Source: a virus
Taxonomy: Duplodnaviria > Heunggongvirae > Uroviricota > Caudoviricetes
Direction: 5' to 3' (one strand)
Length of the DNA: 64,000 nt
IMG/VR virus record: IMGVR_UViG_2974697560_000001
Shown: positions 53,558-62,368 of the stretch, one piece after another
Numbering within the stretch: position 1 is the first letter of the stretch
Layout of the letters: every line of letters begins with the position of its first letter
Translations under genes and position numbers: made by a program
The notes under the pieces: model-generated
Told to the model about the DNA's origin: nothing
What the model saw: the letters and a program-made list of their open reading frames with translations, nothing else
Database searches by the model: none

Positions 53558-54325
53558 ATGAAGATTGTCATCGCAGGCGACTGGCATGGTGACACGAATC
53601 ACGCTCGAAAGGTTGTCCGTCTCGCTGCCGAGAATGGCGTAAAGGTCATCATGCAGGTTGGTGACTTTGGCTATTGGGAGCACGAGGTTGACGGATTCAA
53701 CTACCTTGACGCTCTGAATGATGAGTGTCGCAAGCATGGTGTCAAGGTCTACTTTGTGGCCGGTAACCATGAGAACTGGGACAGGCTTGACTGGATGGAG
53801 AAGAATAACCCAAAGACCTACGCAGGTCTGACGGTAATCCGTTCTCACATTCGCTACACTGGCCGTGTGAAGCGCTGGAGCGTGGATGGCAAGTGGTTCC
53901 AGGCTGTTGGTGGCGCAGTCTCTATCGACAAGGCTCACCGTACACCTGGTAAGTCTTGGTGGTCTCAGGAGAAGGTTCCTGAGAATGTGGTAAAGGGTCT
54001 GGAGAATGCTAGTCGTCAGTCTGACTACCTTCTTACTCATGACGCTCCCACGTGCGCACCATTCAGGTTCCGGCTCAAGAATGACCCTGACTCTCAGATG
54101 CATCGAGAGCTGATGAATCGGATTGGTCGAGTCGTGAAGCCAAAGATTTGGTTCCACGGACACTACCACACATGGATGGAGAACTACAGTTTCATGCACC
54201 AGAGCGGCTACAGCAGCGTGTACGGTCTTGAAATGAATGGTGACTTCTACCACTGTGTTGTCCTTGACACTGAGAACGATTCAGTGCAGACTAGGACTGG
54301 TAAGGTCATCGAGCTTGAGCAGTAA
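53558..54325 (+). CDS. calcineurin-like metallophosphoesterase (Mre11/SbcD-like fold)
   Basis: IAGDWHGD, GDFGYWEH, VAGNHENW, HGHYHTW metal-ligand motifs. Confidence 0.7.
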   Translation: MKIVIAGDWHGDTNHARKVVRLAAENGVKVIMQVGDFGYWEHEVDGFNYLDALNDECRKHGVKVYFVAGNHENWDRLDWMEKNNPKTYAGLTVIRSHIRYTGRVKRWSVDGKWFQAVGGAVSIDKAHRTPGKSWWSQEKVPENVVKGLENASRQSDYLLTHDAPTCAPFRFRLKNDPDSQMHRELMNRIGRVVKPKIWFHGHYHTWMENYSFMHQSGYSSVYGLEMNGDFYHCVVLDTENDSVQTRTGKVIELEQ

Positions 54326-54376
54326 CCTCCGCTTCATAATCAAGTCTGTGTTACTCTTTTAGAGAATTCTTCAAGA

Positions 54377-54772
54377 ATGCGCAGACTTGAGGAGAAGGAG
54401 GTGAAATCAAAAATGGCAGAATACAAGTACGAGCCAAAGACTTCTCAGGACGTTGTTGCTCCACACCTTGACCCACTAGCGGACGAGGATGCAAAGCGTG
54501 CTGAGGATGCAGGCGTAAAGGACTCAGCTTTCGTTGACTACGAGGCCGCTCTAGAGAATTACCAGAGCCGTCCAGACGTAGAGACTCTAGCTGCCCGTCG
54601 TGCCCGTGAGGGTGGATGGAAGTTCGAAGACGCTGCATTCCGTCGTTCTGCAAAGGACGATGAGCTAACCGGTGGTGGTGTTGTCACCTCTGACCAGGCA
54701 ACTGAAAAGCAGCCTGAGCAGCAGAAGGAAGTAAAGGACACTACGCCAGTAGCTCGCAAGGCAACTAAGTAA
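54377..54772 (+). CDS. hypothetical acidic protein
   Basis: ORF track 131 aa; ggagg RBS. Confidence 0.45.
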   Translation: MRRLEEKEVKSKMAEYKYEPKTSQDVVAPHLDPLADEDAKRAEDAGVKDSAFVDYEAALENYQSRPDVETLAARRAREGGWKFEDAAFRRSAKDDELTGGGVVTSDQATEKQPEQQKEVKDTTPVARKATK

Positions 54773-54852
54773 GCGAAGACTTAATAATTGAACAGGGAGG
54801 TTAATAGCCTCCCTGTTCTGTCATCAGTAAAACAAGAAAAGAGAAAGCGATT

Positions 54853-55092
54853 ATGTCTGTTGTTCTAGACCACAACTCCGTTGAGAAGTTCGTTACCGCC
54901 CAGAAGGAAAAGGGCAATGACGTTCGCTGGGAGGGTTGGGACCTGGTTTTCTTCCGCAAGAGCAAGAATCATTCTGGTTGGTCAAAGCGTGACGGTGCCT
55001 ACCGTGACGGCAACTGGGGATTCCAGACTCGCATTGCGGTTGGTGCCGATGGAATGTGGAGGGTTCCTAACCGTAATGTCAAGCATTCTTGA
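54853..55092 (+). CDS. hypothetical protein
   Basis: ORF track 79 aa. Confidence 0.4.
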   Translation: MSVVLDHNSVEKFVTAQKEKGNDVRWEGWDLVFFRKSKNHSGWSKRDGAYRDGNWGFQTRIAVGADGMWRVPNRNVKHS

Positions 55093-55384
55093 GCAAAGGG
55101 GCATAAGTCCAGAGGAAGTAGAGTGGGAAGACCTGGCCCTGTGTCGTGGTCTTCCCACTTCTTTCTTCTTTGAAACTTATGAGCAGGACAAGGTTTCTGC
55201 CCGGTATGTAGATGAGATGTGCCTTCGCTGTCCAGTCATGAAGCAATGTGCTATGGCAGCCAAGGATAACAATGGCTTTGGAGTTTGGGGAGGCGTCTAT
55301 TGGAATGGCGCTAAGGTTGATACCTATCGCAATGCCCACAAGACTCCAGAGGTGTGGAAGAGAATCAAGGAGAGGTTGTCGTGA
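55078..55384 (+). CDS. WhiB-like (Wbl) Fe-S transcription regulator
   Basis: ALCRG...CLRCPVMKQC...GFGVWGGVYW, four Cys plus the G[VI]WGG motif; internal ATG of listed ORF 54881..55384. Confidence 0.65.
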
Positions 55385-55689
55385 GTGCAGAGAACGCATA
55401 CGCTCTGCTACAGATAGAGAACGTCAGGAAGGTGTTCAGGGAATTCACTTTTGAACCAGGTACAGGATTCATCTGCGACCTTGTGCAATACCCTGCAACA
55501 CAGCATGACGTTCCTAACTTCGCATTGTGGGCGTACAAGAACACCTTCGACAATCTTACTGAGCACCAAAAGCTGCTCATCACTGAACAGATAAGTCGTC
55601 TGATTCAGTTGATTCGTTCCCTTGGTGTAAACTGTATATTGGAGGTCCACGATGCACCGGGAAAGTCAGGTAGTAAGGGTAGAAACTGA
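55354..55689 (+). CDS. hypothetical protein
   Basis: ORF track 111 aa. Confidence 0.4.
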   Translation: MEENQGEVVVSAENAYALLQIENVRKVFREFTFEPGTGFICDLVQYPATQHDVPNFALWAYKNTFDNLTEHQKLLITEQISRLIQLIRSLGVNCILEVHDAPGKSGSKGRN

Positions 55690-55837
55690 CGAAGGCGATG
55701 CCTTCGGAATAATCATGAAGGTCTTGGCGTTTCATTGTTTGGTGAAGTATTGGGACAGTGATGGCGAATGGCAGCTTGATTATTTCGAGCATGATGAAGT
55801 CGAAGTCATTGGCGAAATAGGATACGAGGAAGAGTGA
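55652..55837 (+). CDS. hypothetical protein
   Basis: ORF track 61 aa. Confidence 0.4.
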   Translation: MHRESQVVRVETDEGDAFGIIMKVLAFHCLVKYWDSDGEWQLDYFEHDEVEVIGEIGYEEE

Positions 55838-56064
55838 GAGAACTAGTTTGCGATAGCTGTGGGGGTCAGAGATTCAGCCTTGTCTCTGCGCAGTCAAAAC
55901 TACTCAAGAGCATGACTTTCAATCTGTGCAACGATTGTAAGGAAAGTGGCAAAGAGCCACGATGGCTCATTGTATTGGCGGCACGGGACGGTCAGGATGT
56001 TTCTCACTGGCTCTCAAACCAGCTCTACGATGGAGAGGCAATAAAGCAGGAGGATTTGAATTAA
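55834..56064 (+). CDS. hypothetical Cys-containing protein
   Basis: ORF track 76 aa. Confidence 0.4.
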   Translation: MRELVCDSCGGQRFSLVSAQSKLLKSMTFNLCNDCKESGKEPRWLIVLAARDGQDVSHWLSNQLYDGEAIKQEDLN

Positions 56065-56070
56065 GCCTCC

Positions 56071-56128
56071 AGGCCGGGTATACTAGGCACATCTAGGGAA
56101 CTATGGGGTTCGAATCCCTACCGGCCGC
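56071..56128 (+). tRNA. mini tRNA-like element (58 nt): T-arm TGGGG-TTCGAAT-CCCTA with a 6 of 7 paired acceptor but too short for D + anticodon arms
   Basis: AGGCCGG...CCGGCCG. Confidence 0.2.
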
Positions 56129-56154
56129 AATACAATCCCCTTGAGGGGAGGAAC

Positions 56155-56403
56155 GTGTACGTTGAAAGCGATGAAGATGTATCTCAGTGTATAGAGGATT
56201 TGACGAAGGAGATATGGAGCACCATTAAGATGGTGCTAAAGTCTCAAGCAACATCAGAGGAAATTTCTGATGCAGCTTCCAGGGCTAAATTTCTTCGTCT
56301 GTACATTGAACGGTATCGCTTCAAGAGGTTTGACTCACTTACTGAGACCGAGCTTTGGTTGGCTCAGGAAGTCGCAGATGCAGTAGAAGACTTGATTGAT
56401 TGA
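56155..56403 (+). CDS. hypothetical protein (GTG start)
   Basis: ORF track 82 aa; gaggggagg RBS. Confidence 0.4.
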   Translation: MYVESDEDVSQCIEDLTKEIWSTIKMVLKSQATSEEISDAASRAKFLRLYIERYRFKRFDSLTETELWLAQEVADAVEDLID

Positions 56404-56434
56404 CTTTTAACTCATCTGTGATTACAATTCAGGT

Positions 56435-56836
56435 ATGTCCAGGATATCAACAGCACTAGTGAAGATTTTCAAGCATCCTCTAGTTTTCATAGAGGTAATC
56501 ATGGCTGTAGGTTTGCTGGTCTCAGGATTGTACGCAGTGGGTCCTTGGTATGTTGCCAGTGCAACAACACCAATTGGTCAGGCAATTGATTCCGTATTCG
56601 TAAGAATGGGAATCGGTGCCTTCTATACCATAAGTGCGAGTGTATCTCTATGGGGAGCATTCAAAAACGACGGTGTGGACAGGACAGCAGGTTTGTTTCT
56701 GATGTTCCTCTCCTATTCTTTCATGACCATCCTAAGATGGTTGGCAATCGGCTTTACACCGCTAACTTGGGTATTCAGTCTTACCTTGGCGCTCATCGTG
56801 GCATTCCTATACTTTAGGATAAGGTTGCTGAAATAA
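56435..56836 (+). CDS. multi-pass membrane protein (holin-like size)
   Basis: 133 aa with about four hydrophobic helices. Confidence 0.5.
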   Translation: MSRISTALVKIFKHPLVFIEVIMAVGLLVSGLYAVGPWYVASATTPIGQAIDSVFVRMGIGAFYTISASVSLWGAFKNDGVDRTAGLFLMFLSYSFMTILRWLAIGFTPLTWVFSLTLALIVAFLYFRIRLLK

Positions 56837-57145
56837 ATGCCCGAGATTACTACGGCTTGGATAGCCTTGATTGGTACAGTGCTGGGGGGTGTTGGACTCA
56901 AGTTTGTCGAACACTGGCTCAGTCGTAGCAAGGTTCGGGACGACACAGCCTCTCAGCTCAGAAATGAATTGAGAACTGAAATTCAGGGACTCAAAACTGA
57001 GCTGAACAATGTCGAATCCGACCTAGACAAGTGGCGTGGAAAGTATTACGAATTGATGGACAACTTTATCAAAGTCAAGAGTGAACTTGAGACGGCCATG
57101 CGGCAGCTACAAGCACAGAACAACAACACGCAACCCCCTGGCTGA
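56837..57145 (+). CDS. membrane-anchored coiled-coil protein
   Basis: N-terminal TM helix then coiled coil; gene adjacent to the holin-like protein. Confidence 0.5.
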   Translation: MPEITTAWIALIGTVLGGVGLKFVEHWLSRSKVRDDTASQLRNELRTEIQGLKTELNNVESDLDKWRGKYYELMDNFIKVKSELETAMRQLQAQNNNTQPPG

Positions 57146-57175
57146 TGCCAGGGGCGTTGTGCTATCGTAAGGAGC

Positions 57176-57373
57176 ATGATGATGGAAGCAGTGATGGAAC
57201 GTCCTCTTCGCAGGACCGAGGACAGATGTGATAAGTGCAACGCTCAGGCGTTCATGATTGCAGAGAAGGGCGCGCTGGCGTTGCTGTTCTGTGGTCATCA
57301 TGGCAAGCAGTACAGTCAGTCACTTGAGCAGCAAGGATGGCAACTGCTTGACTTCACCGACGAGATTGGCTAG
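57176..57373 (+). CDS. small zinc-finger protein
   Basis: CDKC...CGHH. Confidence 0.4.
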   Translation: MMMEAVMERPLRRTEDRCDKCNAQAFMIAEKGALALLFCGHHGKQYSQSLEQQGWQLLDFTDEIG

Positions 57374-57382
57374 AGTGGAGAC

Positions 57383-57613
57383 ATGGACACAGAGAAGCGG
57401 TTCCTCGTAGGAGATGTCGTTCGTATCTCGGGCTCGCAGAACGGCAACGACAATTGGATTGGTTTTCTGGCTATGGTTGAGCCGTGGCCAATTGATGAGG
57501 AGCAGTTCGTGGATGGACTTCTTCACAACTGGCTCCTTCCCATCTGTGAGCGTCCTGACGGATTCGAGTACAGTCCGTTCATGTGGCCCACACGAAACCT
57601 CGAAAAGATGTAA
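57383..57613 (+). CDS. hypothetical protein
   Basis: ORF track 76 aa. Confidence 0.45.
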   Translation: MDTEKRFLVGDVVRISGSQNGNDNWIGFLAMVEPWPIDEEQFVDGLLHNWLLPICERPDGFEYSPFMWPTRNLEKM

Positions 57614-57625
57614 TGCTCTAGGGCC

Positions 57626-57705
57626 TTCGGGCCATTCCCCAGTTGCTCTGTTTGGTAGGGGCCGCCTGACTTTGAATCAGGACTAGCGACGTAGGTTCGA
57701 ATCCT
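57626..57705 (+). tRNA. tRNA-Gln (TTG) with a 9-nt variable region
   Basis: acceptor TCCCCAG/CTGGGGA exact, D GCTC-TGTTTGGTAG-GGGC, anticodon arm CCTGA-CTTTGAA-TCAGG, T-arm GTAGG-TTCGAAT-CCTGC. Confidence 0.6.
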
Positions 57706-57716
57706 GCCTGGGGAGC

Positions 57717-57953
57717 ATGGCAAATGAATATAGTTTCACTGACCATAAAGGAAGGCGAGTCAATAAGGGAGACCGAGTAAAGGTCTTTCGTGCCCCAAAG
57801 GGACAGGAAGCATGGATTGGTTGCACGGCAACAGTAACAAGCATTGCTTTGCCGTATGAGCAGTTGGTTCAGCTTATGGACCTGAGAGGGCAGCCGTCAG
57901 ATTACACTGACAGGTTCGTCTATCATCCTCACGAATATTTGGAGAAGGCATAG
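57717..57953 (+). CDS. hypothetical protein
   Basis: ORF track 78 aa. Confidence 0.45.
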   Translation: MANEYSFTDHKGRRVNKGDRVKVFRAPKGQEAWIGCTATVTSIALPYEQLVQLMDLRGQPSDYTDRFVYHPHEYLEKA

Positions 57954-57993
57954 CCAGGATTAAGTTCCTGGCTTTTGCCATGTTAGGAGAGCA

Positions 57994-58599
57994 ATGAAGT
58001 TTGAAGAACTGAATAATCGTATTCCATACGTGACTGGAGGAATGAAACATATTCTTTCTACCAGTCCTTATGACGGAGTAACGCTTCGAATGCCTGGCAG
58101 GCACGAGAATGATACTGAGACTCCAGGTGGTGACTTTGTAGTCGAGATTACAGATGACACTACAAGTTGGGAGTCTAAGCAGTTCACACATCAGCACATC
58201 TTCGATGACTTCCAAGACAAAACTGACTTGGATGAGGATGCCGCCAAGAAGCTCATGAGCCTTTACGCAAAGGTTGTGATGGGCGAAGACCCGGACGATA
58301 TGTTCAAATACGGGTACCCCAAGTCAGAGGCTTGGGAAGGCACTGTGAAGGTGGACACCCTACTAGCTGCGTTGCAGTGTCTTGCAGTCGCGGAGCACAG
58401 GCGCTATGCTAGGTACGAAGCCAAGATGGGTGGCAGGTTCCTTCCAGCACGCTTCACGGCTGGCATCGTCTATGGACTTTGGACAGCAGATGATGCTAAG
58501 ATGGTTGTACGTAAGGGAAGGCCCGGTGTTGAGATGCTTGAACGTCTCAATGGTAAGCCACCTACCCTGCAAGAGCTAGCAGAACTAAACAACGACTGA
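57994..58599 (+). CDS. hypothetical protein
   Basis: ORF track 201 aa; taggagag RBS. Confidence 0.5.
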   Translation: MKFEELNNRIPYVTGGMKHILSTSPYDGVTLRMPGRHENDTETPGGDFVVEITDDTTSWESKQFTHQHIFDDFQDKTDLDEDAAKKLMSLYAKVVMGEDPDDMFKYGYPKSEAWEGTVKVDTLLAALQCLAVAEHRRYARYEAKMGGRFLPARFTAGIVYGLWTADDAKMVVRKGRPGVEMLERLNGKPPTLQELAELNND

Positions 58600-58612
58600 A
58601 TAGGAGGAGACG

Positions 58613-58801
58613 GTGGCCGAGCCTAAGAGGCCCAGAATCGACTTCACTGCACAAGAGAGGCGTACTGAGATTAACCTTCTCAAAGACCTCAAGAATGCAA
58701 AGAAGTTCGCGGCTGTAAACCCCGAAGCGGTAGCTGTAGCAGAAGCGCATCTCGCGGAACTGTACGCTATCGTTGAGGACCGGTACCGCAACGAAAAGTA
58801 A
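58613..58801 (+). CDS. hypothetical protein
   Basis: ORF track 62 aa; aggagga RBS. Confidence 0.45.
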   Translation: MAEPKRPRIDFTAQERRTEINLLKDLKNAKKFAAVNPEAVAVAEAHLAELYAIVEDRYRNEK

Positions 58802-59043
58802 TGGATGAAAGAGAATCATTTGTATTGACGACTGACTCTGCAATCATAGATTCTGTAGAGGAAGCAGTGAGGAATCTGAACATCTCAGTCTCACTTCTAT
58901 CAGCGATTCTTCAAGAGGCTTTGGCTAAGGCAAAGGTTCCTGTTGACGATGACACGATAGATGCTTTTGGAATCGTTGAACAGAGCACTGCGTCAATCAA
59001 CATGTTCCTTGAGAGGCTGGGTCTGTGGAATTCCAAGGACTAG
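58801..59043 (+). CDS. hypothetical protein
   Basis: ORF track 80 aa; TAATG coupling. Confidence 0.45.
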   Translation: MDERESFVLTTDSAIIDSVEEAVRNLNISVSLLSAILQEALAKAKVPVDDDTIDAFGIVEQSTASINMFLERLGLWNSKD

Positions 59044-59300
59044 CCAAAAGATTCAAGGAAGTCTTTGATGAAAAGCAGTATCACTGGATGATTGATGGTG
59101 CCTTGACAGTGCCGTCAGAACAGGATATCCTTGATACGTTGAATCAGATGGCCGACCGTCTTGATGAGTATCCTGACGGAACTCAAATGGAGCTGGGTCA
59201 TCTGATTTTCATTAAGACTGGGCGTCTCATTGATGTGTACCTGCATCATGGGACAATAGAGAGGCAAGATGAACAACCCCCTACGGAGCCTGTACTTTAG
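59025..59300 (+). CDS. hypothetical protein
   Basis: ORF track 91 aa. Confidence 0.4.
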   Translation: MEFQGLAKRFKEVFDEKQYHWMIDGALTVPSEQDILDTLNQMADRLDEYPDGTQMELGHLIFIKTGRLIDVYLHHGTIERQDEQPPTEPVL

Positions 59301-59327
59301 GCTCCGTAAAGCAATTTACAACTATCT

Positions 59328-59756
59328 GTGAGGAAAATCGTGGACTTCATTTACACCAATGCAATTGGCACCAACAGCAGCGCTCTCCAGGGTGTCTACT
59401 GGAACAAGAACTCTGAGGAGCTGGTTGTTCAGTTCTGGGGTGGCAGTGTCATTAAGTACACTGGCTTCAATGAGGACGACTACCGTGCCTTTGCCAGTGC
59501 TCTGAGCAAGGGTCGCTTCTACTCTCAGTACGTGAAGGGCAACTTCCGTGGTGAGAAGATGGACAATGAGACCAACTTCGTTCACGAGCAGGACGTAGTT
59601 ACTCCTTTCTCTGAGGTCAAGGAGCTTGAGGCTGAGGTCGGTCCTTCAATTCAGGTAACCGTCAACATCTACGTCAACGGAGACCCTGACTCAATTGCTA
59701 AGGCGGTTGAGCGTCTTGCCCCCAGCATTCGTGCAGTACAGAATTGGAGGGGATGA
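59328..59756 (+). CDS. hypothetical protein
   Basis: ORF track 142 aa; gtgagga RBS. Confidence 0.5.
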   Translation: MRKIVDFIYTNAIGTNSSALQGVYWNKNSEELVVQFWGGSVIKYTGFNEDDYRAFASALSKGRFYSQYVKGNFRGEKMDNETNFVHEQDVVTPFSEVKELEAEVGPSIQVTVNIYVNGDPDSIAKAVERLAPSIRAVQNWRG

Positions 59757-60061
59757 GAATCCTAGTAAAGGTAGATGACCTCAAAGATTTTGAGTCATAC
59801 ACCAGCCGCAAGGCAATCGTTGTTTTCTCTGCACCTGATTGGTGTGTACCTTGTCAGAGACTACAGCCACACATCGAGAAGCTAGCTGAGAAGCTAGACT
59901 ATCCTGTCGTGTATGTAGATATCGACAAGGCAGAGGAAATCAAGAATACGCAGCAGGTCATGTCAGTACCACAGGTTTACGAATTTGTGGACGGCAAGCC
60001 TGGGCGTGCTCTTAAGGGACGCACTGTCCTTGCAATGGAACGGGAACTAGCCGCTGAGTAA
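59744..60061 (+). CDS. trx: thioredoxin
   Basis: VVFSAPDWCVPCQRL; WCxPC active site in the usual position of a 105-aa thioredoxin fold. Confidence 0.7.
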   Translation: MEGMRILVKVDDLKDFESYTSRKAIVVFSAPDWCVPCQRLQPHIEKLAEKLDYPVVYVDIDKAEEIKNTQQVMSVPQVYEFVDGKPGRALKGRTVLAMERELAAE

Positions 60062-60170
60062 TCAGCGGCTTTTGCCGTATCACTTGACTTTGACAAGTGA
60101 TGAGCGTAACATAGCCCTATGGAAACGGTGCTGATGTACGCTATAGGCTTGCTGCTAGGTCTAATAGGTA

Positions 60171-60377
60171 TTGGACTGGCAGAGTTGTCTTATGTTTTCA
60201 TCAAGCGCTACGACATTCCGGGCTTTTATTGGCCAGACGTGGAAGAAGATGAGGATAGTGTCGTGTGAACAATGTGGTTCCACGTGCGATGACAGCGTAA
60301 GCTTCGATACTCTGAGACGACGAGTATTCTTTTGCTGCCTATCACACAGGGCAGCCTGGTTCTTTGGATGGCTGTGA
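60171..60377 (+). CDS. hypothetical Cys-containing protein
   Basis: ORF track 68 aa. Confidence 0.3.
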   Translation: MDWQSCLMFSSSATTFRAFIGQTWKKMRIVSCEQCGSTCDDSVSFDTLRRRVFFCCLSHRAAWFFGWL

Positions 60378-60391
60378 AATGTGGTTTTTGA

Positions 60392-60946
60392 TTGGAGGGC
60401 TCCTATGGGTCCTCCTCATTCTTTTTATTTGTCGATGGTTCTACGTCATCAGCGAAAGGCGAGAAGGTGACTCCAGTACAACCAATCGTGAGGTTTGATG
60501 GTCAGTATGATTGGCTATCTAACTTCTATGTCAGACCAGTCAAAGTAGGTAATCTGACATTCAGCAACAACGAGGCGGCCTTTCAGGGAGCTAAGTACAA
60601 AGCAGCTCTCTGTGACCAGGCTGAGCAATACCGTTATCTTGAGAAGATGGTTCAGGCCGACCCACAAACTGCAAAGAACATGGGCAGGCGTATCCCTCTA
60701 GACCTTGACAAGTGGGAGTCCATCAAGGTAACGTGTATGAGAGAGGTAGTCAAGGCGAAGTTCGACCAGCATGCCGACCTACACACAAAGCTTATTGAAA
60801 CTGGTGCTGCTCTGCTAGTAGAGGGCAATCATTGGGGAGATAAGTTTTGGGGCCGGTGCGATGGCAAGGGTTTGAATGTCCTTGGCTCTATTCTCATGGA
60901 ACTAAGAGGCTACTACTTCTGGAAGGAATACCAGAGTATATGGTGA
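60392..60946 (+). CDS. NADAR (YbiA/DUF1768) domain protein
   Basis: DWLSNFY, NNEAAFQGAKY, KFDQHADLHTKLIETG, GNHWGDKFWG, LNVLGSILMELR match the NADAR fold signature. Start is non-ATG (TTG at 60392 or GTG at 60479), so the 5' end is uncertain. Confidence 0.65.
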   Translation: MEGSYGSSSFFLFVDGSTSSAKGEKVTPVQPIVRFDGQYDWLSNFYVRPVKVGNLTFSNNEAAFQGAKYKAALCDQAEQYRYLEKMVQADPQTAKNMGRRIPLDLDKWESIKVTCMREVVKAKFDQHADLHTKLIETGAALLVEGNHWGDKFWGRCDGKGLNVLGSILMELRGYYFWKEYQSIW

Positions 60947-61440
60947 ACGTACTCAATGACATCAGGAAAATGCGTGACCTGCCTGATGCAGAGGTGTCAT
61001 CCAAGTTCAAGGGACTTGTCGATGGCTACGTAAGAGACTTGACCAAGAGCAAGTCAAAGGGCAATCCAGGCTCAGGCTCTATCCCTTCTGTGCGTGTCGG
61101 TAAGATTCGCAGAAAGAAGGGGCAGCTCATTCCCTCAGAGATTCTTTTCGCAATGCGTAAGAGCCTTTGGGAGATGGGTTGGACACAGGGTGTGCTAAAG
61201 AACGCAGAAGGACACATGTGTCTGCGTGGTGCCATGGTGTATATCAATCTTAAGGGTCATGCTCACAACGATGACTTGCAGATTGCAGCCCAATACCTAC
61301 ACGATGAGGTAAGGCGAAAGAATGGCGACGCTCGCCAGTACAATTTCATTTACTGGAACAATGATGAGCGTCGAACCCTTGCTGAAATCCTCAAGATTCT
61401 AGAGGATTGTGGTAATCGTGCCAGACTCGCAGGGGAATGA
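60940..61440 (+). CDS. hypothetical protein
   Basis: in-frame ATG of listed ORF 60847..61440; ATGGTGA overlap with the NADAR stop. Confidence 0.45.
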   Translation: MVNVLNDIRKMRDLPDAEVSSKFKGLVDGYVRDLTKSKSKGNPGSGSIPSVRVGKIRRKKGQLIPSEILFAMRKSLWEMGWTQGVLKNAEGHMCLRGAMVYINLKGHAHNDDLQIAAQYLHDEVRRKNGDARQYNFIYWNNDERRTLAEILKILEDCGNRARLAGE

Positions 61441-61882
61441 GTGGCAGCATCTTGGATTCACTTCTGAGCCTGAGTTTATCAGGAGTAATGAAGAGTGGGA
61501 CGAGATTGTTGAGCACTTTCAAAGGGCAGTGGATTCGTATAGACGAATCGGGCCGGTAGTCGTTGAGGCGAGTGAATCTCTAAGTAGATTCTCTCACTAC
61601 AACGAAGAGGCTGATGCTGCCCAAGAAGAAAGAATTAGGGAGACACAAGCAATGGCAGTAGACATCAGGCATGGTGAATATCCAGGCCGAGACAGTTATG
61701 GGACGTACTGGTATGACCCTTCTGGATTTCATTCTGATGACCCTCACGTATGCTTCATCTGTGGCAGACCAACTGGCCGCATCGATATCGATTATCATGG
61801 AGCGTTCTGCAATTCGGAAGAGTGCAACGAGGTCATCCGGCAGGACCTTGAAAGGCTGAATGGCGGTCCAGAGAATGAATAA
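61409..61882 (+). CDS. hypothetical Cys-containing protein
   Basis: ORF track 157 aa. Confidence 0.45.
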   Translation: MVIVPDSQGNEWQHLGFTSEPEFIRSNEEWDEIVEHFQRAVDSYRRIGPVVVEASESLSRFSHYNEEADAAQEERIRETQAMAVDIRHGEYPGRDSYGTYWYDPSGFHSDDPHVCFICGRPTGRIDIDYHGAFCNSEECNEVIRQDLERLNGGPENE

Positions 61883-62096
61883 GTATCGAATTCATCTAGG
61901 ACTCAGGTCAGGGAAGCTGGTCTATTCTGACCCCATGGATGTGGGTGAGATGAGTCATGAAGAGGTCACAGACACCCTTGAGAAAATGGTAGAAATCGTA
62001 GGCGATGGTGGACACATCAGTCTTTTGGTCAATGGTCAGAAGAAGACGTATCTCCATCACGCTATCGAATCTATCTGGTGGACTGACGGCAGTTGA
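61860..62096 (+). CDS. hypothetical protein
   Basis: ORF track 78 aa. Confidence 0.4.
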   Translation: MAVQRMNKYRIHLGLRSGKLVYSDPMDVGEMSHEEVTDTLEKMVEIVGDGGHISLLVNGQKKTYLHHAIESIWWTDGS

Positions 62097-62131
62097 CAAT
62101 TTCGTAATCAATGCTCTAGCATGAGAGCATT

Positions 62132-62368
62132 ATGAGATATACAATTGTGAAAGAGCCTCTTAAACGAGGCCGGACTGTGGAGGGCTACAACTGGGCAATT
62201 ACTGATACCAAGGTAGGCAAGGTTGTAGTCCGCTATGGAAATGAATTCAAGGCTGAGTTCGTCAAGGACTCCTTCAATGAAGCAAACGTAAGCAGCAGAT
62301 TCGAATTCGAAATCCCTGGCGACGAGACCATTGAAGACCTCGATGAGTCAGCATTCAAAGGGGAATGA
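62132..62368 (+). CDS. hypothetical protein
   Basis: ORF track 78 aa. Confidence 0.45.
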   Translation: MRYTIVKEPLKRGRTVEGYNWAITDTKVGKVVVRYGNEFKAEFVKDSFNEANVSSRFEFEIPGDETIEDLDESAFKGE

